This document shows, one piece after another, positions 62,201-64,000 of a stretch of 64,000 bases of DNA. The stretch is from Trichosphaerium sp. ATCC 40318 (lineage: Eukaryota; Protista; Tubulinea): contig JALMLS010000228.1 of NCBI GenBank assembly GCA_038496445.1, positions 248,001 through 312,000 of the forward strand, written 5' to 3'. The notes under the pieces were generated by a model. It made no database searches. It was given only the letters and a program-made list of their open reading frames with translations, and was not told where the DNA came from. Within the stretch, counting starts at the first letter, position 1. Each line of letters opens with the position of its first letter. The position numbers were made by a program, and so were the translations under genes.

Positions 62201-63920
62201 AACCCAAGCCAACAAGTATGAATTCTTTTGGGTTTTTGTAAGCGTTATTTATCACTCATTGTTTTTGTAGCGAGCTATTATTGGTGTACTTAGTCATAAT
62301 TCGAAACTCCCTTATGTTATTTTTGGTCCACCTGGTACAGGTAAAACTGTAACAGTCGTAGAGGCTGTGAAACAAATGTACAACAAGGCACGTGTCAGTA
62401 CATCTTTCGCTCTAACTGTTCATGTTGCTGCGATGTTACACCTCCAACCTGAGGTTACTGTACTCTACTTACGTCTGATATTTTTATTAAACAGAAACAA
62501 ACTGTTCTTGTTGTTGCTCCCTCTAACAGTGCCGCTGATCTTCTGGTGGAACGCTTAGGGCATGGTTAGTTAATATCTAGCTCATCTTTTCTGTTTTTTC
62601 CTGATATCCTTTTTTAGGAGGGCCTATTCCTCGTACTCAGTTGTTTAGATTGAATGCGTATAGTAGGAACCCAAGAGAGGTATCAGATATTGTTAAGAAG
62701 CACTCTATTATTGGAGACAATGATCGGTTTGCTATGCCAACTTTAGCTCAATTAAAAACAAAACGTGTTGTCGTATCAACTGTTGTATCAGCCGGCTACG
62801 TTTATTCATTGGGGATTGAAAAAGGTACGCGGAGCAAACCCCAAGACATCTTCTAATAACTTGATCCACCACATCGTATTTTTTTCTTGTTTTTTCAGGA
62901 AACGTCTTTTTTCGTAAGTGAACGATTGCTCTTTACTAATTTCTCTACTTATAAGGGTTTTACGACTGTGTAGTAGTAGATGAAGCAGGTCAAGCAACCG
63001 AACCTGAGCTGCTTATAGCAGCATCTTGCGCCGGACCAAAAACAAAACTAGTACTTGCAGGTGATCCAAAACAACTCGGTACAAAATTTCAACTAAATCA
63101 TTATGTGCCTCACTAATCGCTAAAAGGTCCTATCATCCGTTCTAAGATTGCTGTAAGCTATGATTTGCACGTGAGTCTTCTTGAAAGGCTTCACAACATA
63201 GAGCCTTACAAGTATGTCGATAACGGAGATGTCGGAACTTATTGCAATGGCTATAACAAGAACTTCATTACAAAGCTCACTTATAACTATCGATCTCATC
63301 CTACTCTTCTTAAAGTACCTTCTGCTTTATTCTACAATAATCTTTTGGAACCAAAAGCAGATCCTCTAAGGACAACTTGTTTAATGAATTTTGAGAAATT
63401 ACCAAATAACAAAATTCCTTTCATCTTTCATGGTTGTGTTCATGGGTACGTTTTCAATAAAATTATTTATCACAGCGAATGCCTAGTGTTTAAGCTAGTA
63501 AAATAGGGTAGTATCATATCTTTTATGATACATCTCTTTCTGATGAAGCATCGTTTCTTTTTTTTTTCTTAATTTGTTTGTTTCGTTTTCTCGATCTAAT
63601 TTTTTGCTTGTTTAGTAAGGATGAGAGGGAAGGTAATAGCCCTTCTTGGTTCAATGCTTTTGAAGCTAAACTAGTATTTCAATACATACAAGCACTATCT
63701 TTCATGAGAAAGAACAGACCAAGAATGGAAGAAATCGGTACACATAGTGGTTGTTCTTTTGCTAGCGTAGTGCTTTTCTTTTGCATTTTTATGTCATTGA
63801 CACGCGTATTTTTACATAGGTGTTATTGCTCCATACAATAAACAAGCAAAGAAGATACGTGATGTGTTATACGCATCTGGATATGAAGGCGTAACTGTTG
63901 GACCTGTGGAAATCTTCCAG
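59253..63920 (+). CDS. EXO1/XPG-family nuclease fused to a MOV10/SDE3-type SF1 RNA helicase (continues past window end)
   Basis: Nuclease: [61 protein letters not shown]. Helicase: [76 protein letters not shown]. Linker exons are open and in phase. Confidence 0.82.
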
Positions 63921-64000
63921 GTACACTTTTTTATTTTTGTTTATTGAAAATCACAACTTTTTTTTGGTCAATGCTTGCTTTATGCTATGTTTGGTTTTTT

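Overview
AT-rich, gene-dense, intron-rich eukaryotic DNA from a protist. Amoebozoa is my inference, based on a Cpras-like gene, a deiodinase-like selenoprotein, tandem ADF-H, F-box/LRR expansion and a U12 intron. Introns are mostly 40-100 nt, so the ORF track fragments most genes; I rebuilt about 26 spliced or intronless genes by hand. Highlights: (1) a ubiquitin-like/iodothyronine-deiodinase-like selenoprotein fusion (5561-7740) with an in-frame Sec UGA, a 3'-UTR SECIS, and a second UGA that is kept or removed depending on 5' splice-site choice; (2) an EXO1/XPG nuclease fused in frame to a MOV10/SDE3 RNA helicase (59253 to window end); (3) an actin fold in a Cpras-like Zn-finger/vWA protein; (4) a U4 snRNA nested in a GC-AG intron of DUS1; (5) an AT-AC (U12) intron, several GC-AG introns and candidate 16-25 nt introns; (6) a deleted LSU rRNA fragment abutting an intronless F-box/LRR gene; (7) a perfect 63-bp inverted repeat. 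All exon boundaries are manual predictions without transcript evidence.
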